DNA of 64,000 nt from Bugula neritina (taxonomy: Eukaryota; Animalia; Bryozoa). Location of the stretch: contig OZ037767.1 in the NCBI GenBank assembly GCA_964035545.1, positions 569,680 through 633,679 of the forward strand. Direction: 5' to 3'. Made by a program: the position numbers and the translations under genes. The notes under the pieces are model-generated. The model was not told the origin of the DNA and ran no database searches. It saw nothing but the letters and a program-made list of their open reading frames with translations. This document shows, one piece after another, positions 41,001-56,000 of the stretch; positions within the stretch are counted from its first letter, which is position 1, and each line of letters starts with the position of its first letter.

Positions 41001-44000
41001 CAGCAGCTGCAGAGTCTCAATCAGACAGAGGAACTCCCGGAACTGGAGGAGACAATCTCCGCAATAGAGGGACGTCTGCTAGACACCGAACAGCGCAATG
41101 AAAAGCTTTCCCGGGAGCTGCAAACTGTGCACGGTTAGCTGTCATTCTCATAAACTTATTGCATTTAGCTTTCAATATTCAAGTGTGGGGAAGTGTAATT
41201 TGTTTTGCTCATAGGAGTTCGAATTGAAACCCATTTTTTAACTGGTAGTTTTTATTTAAAGTTCACATGTCTGTAAAGCATCTGTATACATGGATGGTTT
41301 ATAGTAAGTATTATCTGTAACTTTAGACGTGGTAGACGGAGTGGTTGGTAAAGCTGTCTCGAGTCAGCACATTGTCGCTGAGATCCAGGACTCTCTGCAG
41401 ATGTTACCGAGCGCAGAAGATGACATCACGCTGCTTAGAATACACGACAGCTGTGAAGATGCTGCCAATAAACTATCTGCTGTCCAAGAGAAACTTGTGG
41501 AGCTGGAGAGTGACATGGGACAGGCCGAGACTAAAGTAGGTTCAACACTTGAGCGTGTTTTTCAATTATTGGTGATTTTAAGATAAGTGATTGCTTGTTT
41601 AGCCACATACTCGTAGCAATACCTAAAACCTGCTTAGCTTTGCTCTACTTTATAATACTTGTCTGTATTCTGCACTTGAGTCTCGTGTGTCTTTAGTACA
41701 AGATCCCAGAGTCTGCAGAGGCCAAAAGGGAACTCACCTCTTTAGCTCAGGCACAGGCCAGTCTACACAAGGCAGTGGCACTCAAACAATCGGCGGTCAA
41801 CAAGATGGCTCAGAATAACTTTGACAATGCCCAGCAGCAGTATCTGAAGTAAGTAGTACCTGCTTCAGTTACCTGTTGTAGAGATGTGAGACTATATTTA
41901 CCTGTTGTAGAGATGTGAGACTATATTTACCTGTTGTAGAGATGTGAGACTATACGAGCAGTCGCTGGAGGACTGTGAATCTGTCCCCAACAACACCCAC
42001 TCCGTCTCCGCCAGACTGCAGCTGATAGGCAACCTGGAGGCGCAGCTTGTTCACAGCGCTGCCTCTATCCAGAACATGGAGGCCAAGGCCAACGTGATCA
42101 AATCACTCACCCCCACCAATACGTCAGCGGAGAGCAGCGTGGCTCAGGCCAAGGAGAAGATGGAGACTATTCGGCAGCAGCTGGAGCAGACGAGAGTTCA
42201 TCACGAGCAGCTGCAGCAGGAAGTGGATCATTTCACAGAGTCGAGTAACGCGTTAGCTGGGGAACTTAAGGGTATAGGGGACAGCGCGCAGTCTCTCTCG
42301 TCTATTCCTTTCTTTAAACAAGCCAAACAGCACCAGGCTGAGAAGTTAGAGGTGAGTTTGTACCGTCATTATTTGACTGACATATGCAGCTAATAACATT
42401 CCACTATCTGCAGTAATATTCTACTATCTGCAGGGAAATTCTACTATCTGCAGTGATATTCTACTATCTGCAGTAATATTCTACTATCTGCAGTGATATT
42501 CTACTATCTGCAGTGATATTCTACTATCTGCAGTAATATTCTACCTCAAACAGTAAAATTACATGAATTTTGAAACAATTTTAATGTTTGGTCTAATTTA
42601 CTAGAGTGTGTTAAATAAAGTAACAGGTTGATTATGAAATAAGGTTGCGCTCTACTCAGACAGAGTAATTAGAATAATTCTGCACAGAGAGACAAGGGAT
42701 TCCATAAGTAAATAATTTGTTGGCTGCTGAGTTAACAGAGAAGATACTATTGATACCGTATGAGGAACCAACCAATTGCTGGAGTGGAAACACTGAACAT
42801 GTCTTGTACTTTCTAGGGACTGCAAGAGCAGCTGAACAAACTAGAAGAGAAATATCAGTCTACATCTAACCTAGCCCAACTTATCCACTGTCCAGAGGAG
42901 CAAACTCAGGCTATTGACTCAGTATCTAAACACAGGGCCAAAATATCATCACTTTCTCAGGCTATACAGGTGATTCTCTCATATTATATAATATATTAAG
43001 TAGGTCTGCTGTTACCGCGCCACAGATAGTGTATTAAGTAGGTCTGCTGTTACCTCGTCACAGATAGTGTATTAAGTAGGTCTGCTGTTACCTTGTCACA
43101 AATAGTGTATTAAGTACATTTACTATTACCCCGTCACATATTGTATATTTAGTCTTGTAATTCAACTGGTTTCAGAGTGCCCGAGGATCACATGAAGTGG
43201 CCATGAAGAATCAAGATGAGTTTGAGGACCTATCACAGGCCTTGTTACAGAAGACAGCGCAGGCAGAGGAAACTCTGAGTCAGCTTGGACAGAGATTGGA
43301 TAACAAAGAAGTGCTGCTTTCCCAGCTTGAGATGACAGAGGTGACCTGCTGTACTATATACTATATACACCTGCTCTACCTACTATACTATATACTATAT
43401 ACACCTGCTCTACCTACTATACTATATACTATATACACCTGCTCTACCTACTATAGTATATACTATATACACCTGCTCTACCTACTATAGTATATACTAT
43501 ATACACCTGCTCTACCTACTGTACTATATACTATATACACCTGCTCTACCTACTATACTATGTACTATATACACCTACTATACTATACACATATACACCT
43601 GCTCTATCTGCTATACTATATATACCTACTATACTATGATGTATCTAGCAACTGGACAATGACTTGCACCAAAGTAACTCAGAATTTCGTAAACTTTTGG
43701 AGTTATCTGACCTGGTGAAGTCGGCGAGTCCGGACTGCCAGGACGTGGTAGACAAGACTGTTATGACCATCAAGTCTCGTCTGCTCTCGGTGACTGAAGA
43801 CAAGAAGAGTAAGTCAGCCGAGCTGGAGAGGATGAAATCTAAATGGTTAGTTTGATGAGTCAATAGAGACAGGCGATGTACTCTCTTGTGATATTATATT
43901 ATTCACAGTATTTGTTGTGTTAAACTGTGTCTTTACATTAGTTATTCTTGTTATTATTTCGTGTGCAACTTTAGAACTATGATGTAATATAATAATAATA

Positions 44001-47000
44001 ATATATTATTAATAGTTATTTTAGTCGTTCAGTTTATTATAATAATTATATGTATTATATTATAATATATATATTATATTGTATTATAATACATTGCATA
44101 GTAATATATGATTCCAGGCTGTCATATGACGAGGCATACACTCAACTCAAGCAGTGGCTGGATGCAGTCAGCAAGAAGGTAGAAGCTGAGTTGCCACCAA
44201 AAGGAACTCTGTTAGAGAAAGAGGAACAGCTGACTGAGTGTCAGGTGAGTCATCATTCCCTGGTCTACAGTCGGCAGCATCAGATGGCGTCTGTTGTCTG
44301 TTACGCCCCACATTTTTCCCGATTTCATAAGTGTGATTTTGTTTGGTTTCCACACTTGGTAGCTCCTAGACTTTCCTAAAAGGGCAAACCTGCTGTGTTT
44401 TCATTTGCTGCGTGCCTAGTGAATACGTTGTTACATTTCCCCTCCTGGTGTTATCTCCCCTTAACCTGTTTCTGTGTTGTTTGCTGCCCGCCCTGTACAG
44501 AACATCCTCGCTGATGTAACGTCTCACCGGCATCAAGTTGACTCTCTGTGTGACCGGGACCGCGCTCTCCAGGCCTCCCCCTCAACTTCCTGCACAGCTC
44601 TGGTTAACCAATACGAGCATGTGCTACAAACCAGCAAGGTGAGTTTCAACCAATGAGACTATGTCTTACAAACTAAGAGAGCGAGTCGGCCAATCAAACT
44701 GTTTGTTAGCAGTTAAAGGTGGGTATAATGTGATCTGTCTTAGTTTGATAGCTTTACCACTTTCTCTGCACGTGTTAGTCTGCTTCCCTTTAAAGTTGTC
44801 AGCTTCCTATATATTATGTTGCAATGTATTATGTTATTCTTATATATAATATATTATATTATTCTTATATATTATGTTATAATATTTTATATTTTTCTTA
44901 TATATTATGTTATATATTAATCTTTAGTACTAAATATCTTTTGCCACATGCATTTCAAACTACATGCTGGCTGTGTCAGTGTGATGTCACTTCCTCTTAT
45001 CTCGTATACGGTATACAATTGATATGATGTCACTTCCTCTTATCTTGTATACGGTATACAATTGATATGATATTATACTATTATACAATACAGGACAGAG
45101 TTACGTTGCACTATATTATACTATTATACAATACAGGACAGAGTTACGTACTGTGACAACTGTGTGACGGATCACAAACTTCTAGATGATTCTATGCAGG
45201 ACGTCAGCTCTTGGCTACAGAAACACAGAACTCAGCTAAAAGTTGATGCCTCGGGGAACCTCTCTCACATTCAGAGTCACCGACTCAAGTTACAGGTTAT
45301 ACGACTAACTTACACTAGATACTATAACTTACAGTACATACTATAACTTACAGTACATACTATAACTTACACTAGATACTATAACTTACAGTACATACTA
45401 TAACTTACAGTACATACTATAACTTACAGTACATACTATAACTTACAGTATATACTATAACTTACAGTACATCCTATAACTTACAGTACATACTATAACT
45501 TACAGTACATACTATAACTTACAGTACATACTATAACTTACAGTACATACTATAACTTACAGTATATACTATAACTTACACTACATACTATAACTTACAG
45601 TACATATGTTGCAGGCAATCAGCGATGAACTAGATGCAGGAGAGCCTCTGCTTCAAGTCAACGCTCTGGCGAAGCGGGTGCTCGAACACACTAGCCTTCA
45701 AGCGCAGGCCTTGGTGAAACACGATGTCAACAACGCTGCTATTGAGTTAGATATGGCCAGGAATGAGATCAGTCAGAAGTTGTCTGTTCTTGATGATTAT
45801 ATTCACAAACTTAAGGTACGTCTGCATACTGAGTAGTCATGTGTGCTATTTATAGTTTGGAGGAGATATAATATATTAGCTAATATATTTATATTATTTA
45901 TAGTATAGAGAGGTATAAGTATTATATTTATATTGTATCTCGGTGTGTGCTGTATAGGACTGTGAGATATTCTACTCGGACATTGCCATGAGTATCAAGA
46001 ATGCAGAGGAAGTTTACTCCAGTTACAGTTCCGCTCCAAATCAGCTGCAGATATCCGCTGCTATAACCTCTCTCACGGTACTGTATACTCACACTATAAC
46101 CTCTCTCAAGGTACTGTATACTCACACTATAACCTCTCTCAAGGTACTGTGTACTCACACTATAACCTCTCTCAAGGTACTGTATACTCACACTATAACC
46201 TCTCTCAAGGTACTGTATACTCACACTGTAACCTCTCTCAAGGTACTGTATACTCACACTATAACCTCTCTCAAGGTACTGTATACTCACACTATAACCT
46301 CTCTCAAGGTACTGTATACTCACACTATAACCTCTCTCAAGGTACTGTATACTCACACTATAACCTCTCTCAACGTACTGTGTACTCACACTACAACCTC
46401 TCTTAAGGTACTGTATACTCACACTATAACCTCTCTCACGGTACTGTATACTCACACTATAACCTCTCTCAAGGTACTGTGTACTCACACTATAACCTCT
46501 CTCAAGGTACTGTATACTCACACTATAACCTCCCTCAAGGTACTGTATACTCACACTATAACCTCTCTCAAGGTACTGTATACTCACACTATAACCTCTC
46601 TCCAGGTACTGTATACTCACACTATAACCTCTCTCAAGGTACTGTATACTCACACTATAACCTCTCTCCAGGTACTGTATACTCACACTATAACCTCTCT
46701 CAAGGTACTGTATACTCACACTATAACCTCTCTCAAGGTACTGTATACTCACACTATAACCTCTCTCAAGGTACTGTGTACTCACATTATAACCTCTCTC
46801 AAGGTACTGTATACTCACACTATAACCTCTCTCAAGGTACTGTATACTCACACTATAACCTCTCTCAACGTACTGTATACTCACACTATAACCTCTCTCA
46901 AGGTACTGTGTACTCACACTACAACCTCTTTCAAGGTACTGTGTACTCACACTACAACCTCTTTCAAGGTACTGTATACTCACACTATAACCTCTCTCAA

Positions 47001-50000
47001 GGTACTGTATACTCACACTATTCATTTTGTACATTTCAGGAAAAAGTTGAAGATTTGGCTGATAGTGGAGAGAAACTGAATGAGTTGAAGTCACTGACTC
47101 AGGGGTTACGACCTCGTGGTGTTACGTATGACAAGCCAGTCTCGTCCTTAGAGTCACAGTACAAGATGGTATCCAACAACATTAAGGTTGGTATCTACTG
47201 TTTCATTAGACTTTAGCTATGCAGACTCAAATCATGTAGGTTTGTTCATGCTCTTTGCTAAATCTAACTCAGGATGCCTTGTCTTATGAATTATATTGTT
47301 TTATTTTGACTGCTGTTAATCATGATGAAAACTTTTACAGTTTAATAAAGAACATTATGAAACTATCGTGCTGTGTATTACTCACTCAGGTAAAGTTAGC
47401 CAAGTTTGAACAGCTGATTGAGGACGTCAGCACCCACTGCCTACATCACAATGAGGTGAGTGATGCCCTCTCCCAAGTAGCTGATACCGTCAATGAGATT
47501 GACATCGAGGCTGTTGACGGCAGCGAAGATGCTGCCTCCGTTGTTGAAGTGCTTGACGAGCTTGCCGGTAGACTAGATGCCCTGCAGCCAGCTGTTGATT
47601 CCTGCCTTCAGAGATCAGAGAGCTTGTTGCCCATGCTTGCTCAGCAGGACCGAGAAATAATCAGGAAACAGTCTCAGGTGAGTCAGTGTGATGAGTCAGT
47701 GTAGTGAGTCAGTGTAATGGGTCAGTGTAGTGAGTCAGTGTAGTGAGTCAGTGTAGTGAGTCAGTGTAGTGAGTCAGTGTAGTGAGTCAGTTTAGTGAGT
47801 CAGTGTGATGAGTCAGTGTAGTGAGTCAGTGTAGTGAGTCAGTGTAGTGAGTCAGGGTAGTGAGTCAGTGTAGTGAGTCAGGGTAGTGAGTCAGTGTAGT
47901 GAGTCAGTGTAGTGAGTCAGTGTAGTGAGTCAGTGTAGTGAGTCAGTGTAGTGAGTCAGTTTAGTGAGTCAGTGTAGTGAGTCAATGCAGTGAGTCAGTG
48001 TAGTGAGTCAGTGTAGTGAGTCAGTGTAGTGAGTCAGTGTAATGAGTCAGTGTAGTGAGTCAGTGTAGTGAGTCAGTGTAGTGAGTCAGTGTAGTGAGTC
48101 AGTGTGATGAGTCAGTGTGATGAGTCAGTGTAGTGAGTCAGTGTAGTGAGTCAGTGTAGTGAGTCAGTGTAGTGAGTCAGTGTGATGAGATCTAGCAATT
48201 ATTTACTGAACTGATTATTCTTGACTTTCGTCAACTTTTTAAATAATATGTCATTTTGCTTTCTGGAAAAGAAATAGAAATAAAAATTTACAATCACAAA
48301 CTATTAGTTTAGCTTGAGTTTAAAATGTCATGCAGTTTGAATGATGTTCTACGAGATAGTATTTGTTGCTGTAGACCCTGACTAACCAGTGGTCATCTGT
48401 CAATGACAAGCATACGACACTGAGCTCTACTAGTCAGCGTCTGGTAACCAATTGGAGGTCATATGAGCAGACGCTCAATCAAGTGCAGATGTCATTGGGG
48501 CTGCTGAGTCACCAGAACACAATGAATATGGAGCTCTGTGACAACCTAGAAGAGAAGCAAGGCCGCATACACGAACAGAAGTCACTTTGTTTCAGTGTTG
48601 AGGAGGTGAAACCGGGGTGAGACTGCATGCCTAGTTACTGGGTTACTCTAGTTACATGTTTCACACCACAAATAGCACTTACCAGTTCGCAGTTGAGATA
48701 GTTATATATAACATTGTCATACACAGGGTATCCAAGCTACAGTCACTGTGCAAGTCTCTGCCAGCCACAGTAGAAGAGGTGAAGGACATTGAAGATGAGT
48801 ATCAGTCGGTGCTCGTCAACTCCACAGAAGCCTTGACCTTTATCACAGCCAATTATGATTCTCATAACAAGCTTGACCAGACTCTCTCCCAGGTGGAACA
48901 GGGCCTGACTGATCTAGAGGAGAGACTAAAGGGTTTGAGTGGAGAGAAAGCTGAACCCGGGGAGATGAGTAAACATGTTCAGGTACTTCCTGTCAATGAT
49001 TGGCGCGATCTCATTGGTGCAGATTTATTATTAGTCCCTTACTGCTAAAAAATTCAAGCCCTGTGGATGTTAAAATAGTTTTGTTGAGTCAAGTTTATCT
49101 TTAGCTACTGTGCAGACATTACCTTAGCCTTAGTTCTTTAATTAGATGATGATATGTTTCATTTAACAAAATTTAATCAACAGGTTTTTAATTTAATTTC
49201 ATTAACATCTAAAGAAGTTATTAGCTCTTAAAGAATTGTATGCCAGTGTTTTCAAAATCTCAGTATAGTAATCTAATTATCAATTTTTTTTACTCACAGG
49301 CTATCTCAACCTCCCGCATGGAATTCTCCATAACTCTCGAGGCATTGTGGGAAGACTTTGAGAGAAAGGTTTCTCCCAGCACTGCTGAAGGGGGTCAGCA
49401 GGCTCTACAAGACCGTCTGGATATTTGCTCGAACCTTTCCCAGTCTCTTGTCAGTGAGCTGCAGGATCACCAGACTAGGTTACAGGATATCGAAGGGCAA
49501 CAGAAGACGTTCCACAACACGAATGAAGAACTACAGGCTAAAGTTCTCAGCATTGAAGAGCAGGTAGATTAATGAGTACAAGAATTTGAGAGTTTAGGTT
49601 GAACTTTGAGCTCCAGTATTGGAAGCTTTTTGGGCGCCAAATACTTGTTTGTTCTGTTGACGTCTGCTTACAAGTTCTGTTATTAAATGAGAAAGTGTCC
49701 AAACAGTTTACTATTTAATGTATACTATTTAGTATTTAGTATTTAGTAATTAGTATAATATATATAATATATAGTATTTAGTATATACTGTACACTATAA
49801 AGTGGAGTATATAAAATGTTGTTTGTTACTAATATTGGTGCAGATTGACTCCTCCCTGAAACAAGACGTTGCAGAGAAAGTTGCTGTTTGCTCCAAGACA
49901 CAGAAGCAAAGGGAAGCAATAGCAAGCCTATCTCCCAGTATCCAGTCTCTAAAGACATTGGCACAGTCTCTACATGCCCAGACCAATAAGAAGGTGTTTC

Positions 50001-53000
50001 CTCAGATAGCTAACGAGTTAGACAAGAGATGTATGGGGATTGAGACAGAACTGGTGGTAGGTGTCAGTTACTGATTGGTCAGTATTCTGAATGTGTGTAC
50101 TGCTGCATCAGATGGTTACATGAGTTGACCTGTGATGTTTGGAAATAAGTCACCTTGTGCTCCTTGTTTGACTGCTTGACTAAGATTAGTGTTGATACCA
50201 TTCTCATCCCTGAGTGTTCCTTCAGGAGCTGCTGGGAACTCAGAAAGAGGCTGTGCAGTCAGCAAAGTCATGTGACTCACAGCTGAAGAGTCTCGAGGAC
50301 TGGGTTATGGAATATATGAGTAAAGTGAACGCTGCCTCCTCCGACAGCACTGTGATGAGAGACCTGTGTAATAAATCTAAAGATATTTGCAGAGAAGGTG
50401 AGGGTGCACTGCTGTCTAGAGGGTAGAGTGTAGAGGTATAGAGTGTAGATTGTACAGGTATAGAGTGTAGAGTATAGAGTTTACAGGTATAGAGTGTAGA
50501 GGTATAGAGTGTAGAGGTATAGAGTATATAGTGTAGAGTGTAGAGGTATAGAGTATAGAGGTAAAGAGTGTAAAGTATAGTTTACTTTCAGGTGAACAAA
50601 AGCTGAGAGAATGTGTGAGTCAGGTGGAGGTAACTTCAAATTCCACTTCTCTGGTCGGAAGAGATAATCTTCAGGAGAAGCTCAAGTCCTGCGAGAAATC
50701 TCTAAAAGGTCTATCAGATGCTCTTCTACTTATACAACACAAGTCTTCATTGGCTGATGACATGGAGCAGTTTTGTAACGAGGTGTCTAATTGGCTGCGA
50801 GAGGCAGAACAAATGTTGAAAAAGTGTGAGACTCCGTGGAACAGCGAAAGTGAACTTGAAGCTACACTTTCAGATTTGGAGGTAGGTTGTTGCTATGGTG
50901 TCATGTCTTTTGCTATGGTGTCATGTCTGTTGCTATGGTGCCATGTTTGTTACTATGTAAACATAACCATTATTGTCAAGCATATACTTTATTGATAGAA
51001 TAGATATAAGAATAAATCATAAAGTTTCTGTAATGGAATTTAGATTCTCAAAGACACGGCAATGACATACAGTCAGAAGTGTCAGGCTTCGCTTAACAAG
51101 GTCAAGGACTTGCCGCCGAGCTCTGTCACTGGAGCACTGACTGATCATGTGACCAAACTAGACGTGTTGGCTGGGCAGTGCTCTAAGTTGTCTCATAGTC
51201 TGAGCTCTATGCTGGCTACACTCCGGGAATGGAACGCAACCAATGCTACCCTAACTCAGTCCATCAACACGAGAGACGGGTCACTGAATGCTATCAATAG
51301 CTTGACGTCATCAGACAAGTTTATGATAGAAAATAGAATATCCAAGTGTAAGGTGAGGGATCAGTCTGTCTGTCTGTATGTCTGTCTGTCTGTTAGTCAG
51401 CCAGCTAAATGGTGTATAATATTCTACAGCTAATGTGTAATATTCTACAGCTATTGTATAGTATTCTACAGCTAATGTATAATATTCTACAGCTAATGTA
51501 TAATATTCTACAGCTAATGTATAATATTCTACAGCTAATGTATAATATTCTACAGCTAATGTATAATATTCTACAGCTAATGTATAGTATTCTACAGCTA
51601 ATGTATAATATTCTACAGCTAATGTATAATATTCTACAGCTAATGTATAATATTCTACAGCTAATGTATAATATTCCTAAACACAGGGGCTGGAGAAGAT
51701 GCCGGCTCTTTCTGACCTTCTGTCTAAACTGAAGGTCAACCAGGAGACCCTCACCTCGTCCTGTGGTTCTGCCATGAAACAGAAACTAGAGGAGAGGTAT
51801 GTGGCAGCCGCTGCCGACATCTCTGGACTAGAAACAGCCCTTCAGTTCCTCTCAGGTCAGCTGGAGAAATGTCTGGCTCTGTGGGTGACGTACGCTACTC
51901 AGTCAGAGACTCTCTCCACTAGTCTGGCTGCTCTAGAAGAGAAGGCGAGGGTGGATTTCAAACTCCAGTCCAGCTTTGAAGGGAAAAGTCAGCAAGCCGT
52001 TGCTGCCATGGTATGTCATTAGTCTGGTGGTATCGCATTCACATGTAGCGGCTGGTAGAGTTTAAGCTGAGTCTCTGTGTTTTGTTGTCTTCTGCAGATT
52101 TTTCTCCAACTGTGAGAGTCTTTTTGTTGCAGTGACTGCAACTGTTGTGTGTGATTACAGGAATTTCAAAATAAAGTTGGTGAGATGAACCAGCCAATCA
52201 CAGAGTTCGGCGCACTTTGCTCTGAGCTGAGCAGCATGTGTGGGGAGCCGAGAGTTGGTCTGACTGCCAGCAAGTTACTGTGAGTAGTTACTGTCAGTGT
52301 TACTGTCAGTGTTGAGTAGTTACTGTCAGTGTTACTGCGAGTAGTTACTGTGAGTAGTTACTGTCAGTGTTGAGTAGTTACTGTCAGTGTTACTGTCAGT
52401 GTTACTGTGAGTAGTTACTGTGAGTAGTTACTGTCAGTGTTACTGTCAGTGTTGAGTAGTTACTGTGGGTAGTCACTGTGAGTAGTTACTCTCAGTGTTG
52501 AGAAGTTACTGTCAGTGTTACTGTCAGTGTTGAGTAGTTACTGTGAGTAGTCACTGTGAGTAGTCACTGCGAGTAGTTACTGTCAGTGTTGAGTAGTTAC
52601 TGTGACTAATTACTGTGAGCAGCTACTATTGAACAGCTGATTGCTATTCTATAGTTATACTCATACAGGATGTGCTAAAGTTCTCAAGAAAGTTTAATAT
52701 TCAAAGCTGCCTGGGTTCTTGTAGGAGCCGATATAACTCTCTAAGGGAGACGGCCAGCTCTGTGTTAGACCGTACCCAACTAGCTCAGGAGTATCACGCC
52801 GATTTCAACTCCAGTCTGGAAGCATTTGACACTTGGTATGACGAGATGGTGAAGAGACGGGAGGTGGCTGAGGCTATAGAGACTTTGAAAGACAAGCAGG
52901 CTGCTGTTCAGGTTGGAACACAGGCTATATCTTATACTATATTCGCATACCAGCTTACCATACCAGCCTACTATACTTGTGACCAAATATTTAGTTCTAG

Positions 53001-56000
53001 TATTTCAAAAGTGTAGAAATCTAAGGGAAACGTCTGCTATCTTGAATAGTTTATAAACTGGCTTTACTGTATCAAACTTTCTAATAGCTAATAAAGTGTT
53101 GTTTACTTGCCTCTTATAGGCTTGTGTGGCCGACCAGCCTCAAGGTGACAAGCTAATTACTGAGGTTGCTAAGGCTTCAGAGCAGACGTACGCCACAACG
53201 TCACTCACTGAGCGTAAAGCTGTTCAGCACGAGGTGAGAACGAGGCAGCTGAGACTAGATGAGCTAAACTCGTCTCTCTCCTCGTCTCTGAAACACGTGA
53301 GTATAGAGTGGAGTCTCGTGTGTACATGTAATACTAAGTCTATACTACTATATGCTGTGTCCACATGTAATACTAAGTCTATACTACTATATGATGTGTC
53401 CACATGTAATACTAAGTCTATACTACTATATGATGTGTCCTCATGTAATATTAAATCTATACTACTATATGCTGTGTCCACATGTAATACTAAGTCTATA
53501 CTACTATATATCGTGTGCACATGTAATACTAAATCTATACTACTATATGCTGTGTCCTCATGTAATATTAAATCTATACTACTATATGCTGTGTAGCTGA
53601 GAAACAAGCTGACGGATACTGAAATCTTGATGTCTAAAGTACAGCAGATCAGTAAATCATCAGAGAATAAAACTGAAGAAGTCGGTGAGGAGATGATAAT
53701 GAGATCCACGTGTTCTGAAAAACAAACTCAACTCGCAACATATCAGGTGAGATGGTGAACTTATCATTATATCAGGTGAACTTATCAACTTATCATATCA
53801 TCATATTATCATATCATGTGAGATGTGTGTGTAACTGTGCCATATTCCTTTGTAGAAACTCTATGCTCAGATTGACGAGCTGCAAAGGTCTCTACGGCAG
53901 CATCAGTCTCTACTGAATCCAGAAGGTTCTCAGGAGTGTCTAGACATTGCTCATAACATAACTCAGCTATTGTCTTCTCTTGACACCCAGCTAGCTAAAC
54001 TAGACAGCTGGTGCCAACTCTACAGGTACTAGGGGTTATCTCCTCGTATCATTATACAGTGGCTGGTATCCCTTCATCATACTTGCCTTATCCTTATAAT
54101 ATATGGAATTGTCTCATCTTAGTTCTTCTAATAGAAGTTGTCTCCTTTTCAGCTCCTACGTTTCCGAGCACGAAGAATATGACGTTAAATGTGAAGAGAC
54201 AGGTGCCTCCTTAGACACTCTCGGGGAGAAGATAACTTCAGCATCTGAGAATATTAGTAGTAAACATGCTTTACAGAGGGCTGTCACTAAAACTCAGGTA
54301 TCAGGACATGTAGTAGTGTCATTGTGATAGTCAGTGTGAGTGATTGGCACCTGTTATATGCTGTCAGTGTGAGACACTTGTCATTAGCGTCTGTGAGAGT
54401 AAGACACTTGCCATGCAGTGTCACTGTGAGTAAGACATTTGCCATGCAGTGTCTGTGAAAGATCTGTGCTGTCATTCTAATTTGTCAACGCCTAACAGCC
54501 TGAGTATTTATTTTTACTAACATGCCAACATAGCTGTCATGTGTGTTTCAGTTATGTAAGGCAGAGCTGGTGTCCATTGGCGAGAGTGTGAACTCTCTGA
54601 GACTGCTGGAGGAAAGCGTCTCCCATCACACTGTAAATAAGTCGGTGCTCCATGGCCAGGACATCATAGACCTCTTCACCTCACTTTCTACCTCACTGAA
54701 CAGTAAAGTTGATACTCTAGAGGATGATGTGCAAACATGGAATAGATTTGATGATTTGTCTACTGAGATGATGGAACAACTCCTAACCGTAGAGCACGAT
54801 GTCTCTACTCTAAGCTTGCCTGACAACGCAGAAGGCAAACACCATGTAGCTAATCAGCTTCAGGTATGCTTCCCCATAACCACCTTAATGTTTAGACAAG
54901 GTGACTGCTGACTCTGTAACCATTCAACTGCTGACTCTGTTACCATTCAACTGCTGACTCTGTTACCTCTCAACTGCTGACTCTGTTACCTCTCAACTGC
55001 TGACTCTGTTACCTTTCAACTGCTGACTCTGTAACCTTTCAATTGTTGACTCTGTTACCTCTCAACTGCTGACTCTGTAACCTTTCAACTGCTGACTCTG
55101 TTACCTCTCAACTGCTGACTCTGTTACAGGGCACGCTAGACGAGTTGAGCAACTCTTTTGCACAAAATCTTCTGCAACTGGAAGCAGACGCTAAACATCT
55201 CAACTCAAGCTACCAATCGGGAGAGCCGTTACAGCTGTACAATACTCTAGACAGGAAGTACGGTGATGTAATCAGACACCTGCAGGAAGGTGTCGAGCAT
55301 TGGTCAGAGTGTGCAGCTTGTCATACTGACTACGATGAACAGGTGGCAGTGTGCCAGAAACAGATAGTAGAAGCTGAGCAGTTTGAGGAAGCTGTGTGTA
55401 GCGCCGCATACAAACTGCAGAGTCAACTTCTCCTTGAGGCTAAGGTCAAGGTGAGTCAACTCGTAACTCACTGTCCTCGAGTTTCAACTCGTAACTTACT
55501 GTCCTCGAGTTTCAACTGTCTCCAGCTGGGTTGCTGTTGCTTCATACAGCGATATCTTGTCTGTTTTATTCAGGACTTGAAGAAGCAGATACAGGAGATT
55601 GAAACTAATGTGCACAGTCTCACCACATCTGGTACTTCCGTATCAAAGAGCACGTCACACAATGGCCGCAGTTCTATTAGGTATGGCACACTATTTATAC
55701 CAAGTAACTTATCACTACACTGATGTCATGTATCACTACACTGATGTCACTACACTGATGTCACTACACTGATGTCACTACACTGATATCACTACACTGA
55801 TGTCACTACACTGATATTACTACACTGATACCACTACACTAATATCACTACACTGATATTACTACACTGATATTACTACACTGATACCACTACACTGATA
55901 TCACTACACTGGTATTACTTACCACTACACTGATATTACTACACTGATGTCACTAAACTGATATTACTACACTGATATTACTACACTGATATTACTACAC

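Noticed and set aside
51414-51686. ttctacag-containing 21-bp array as another in-frame acceptor ladder
   Set aside because: Using these AGs shifts the frame relative to exon 51687, and the real acceptor is not part of the unit.
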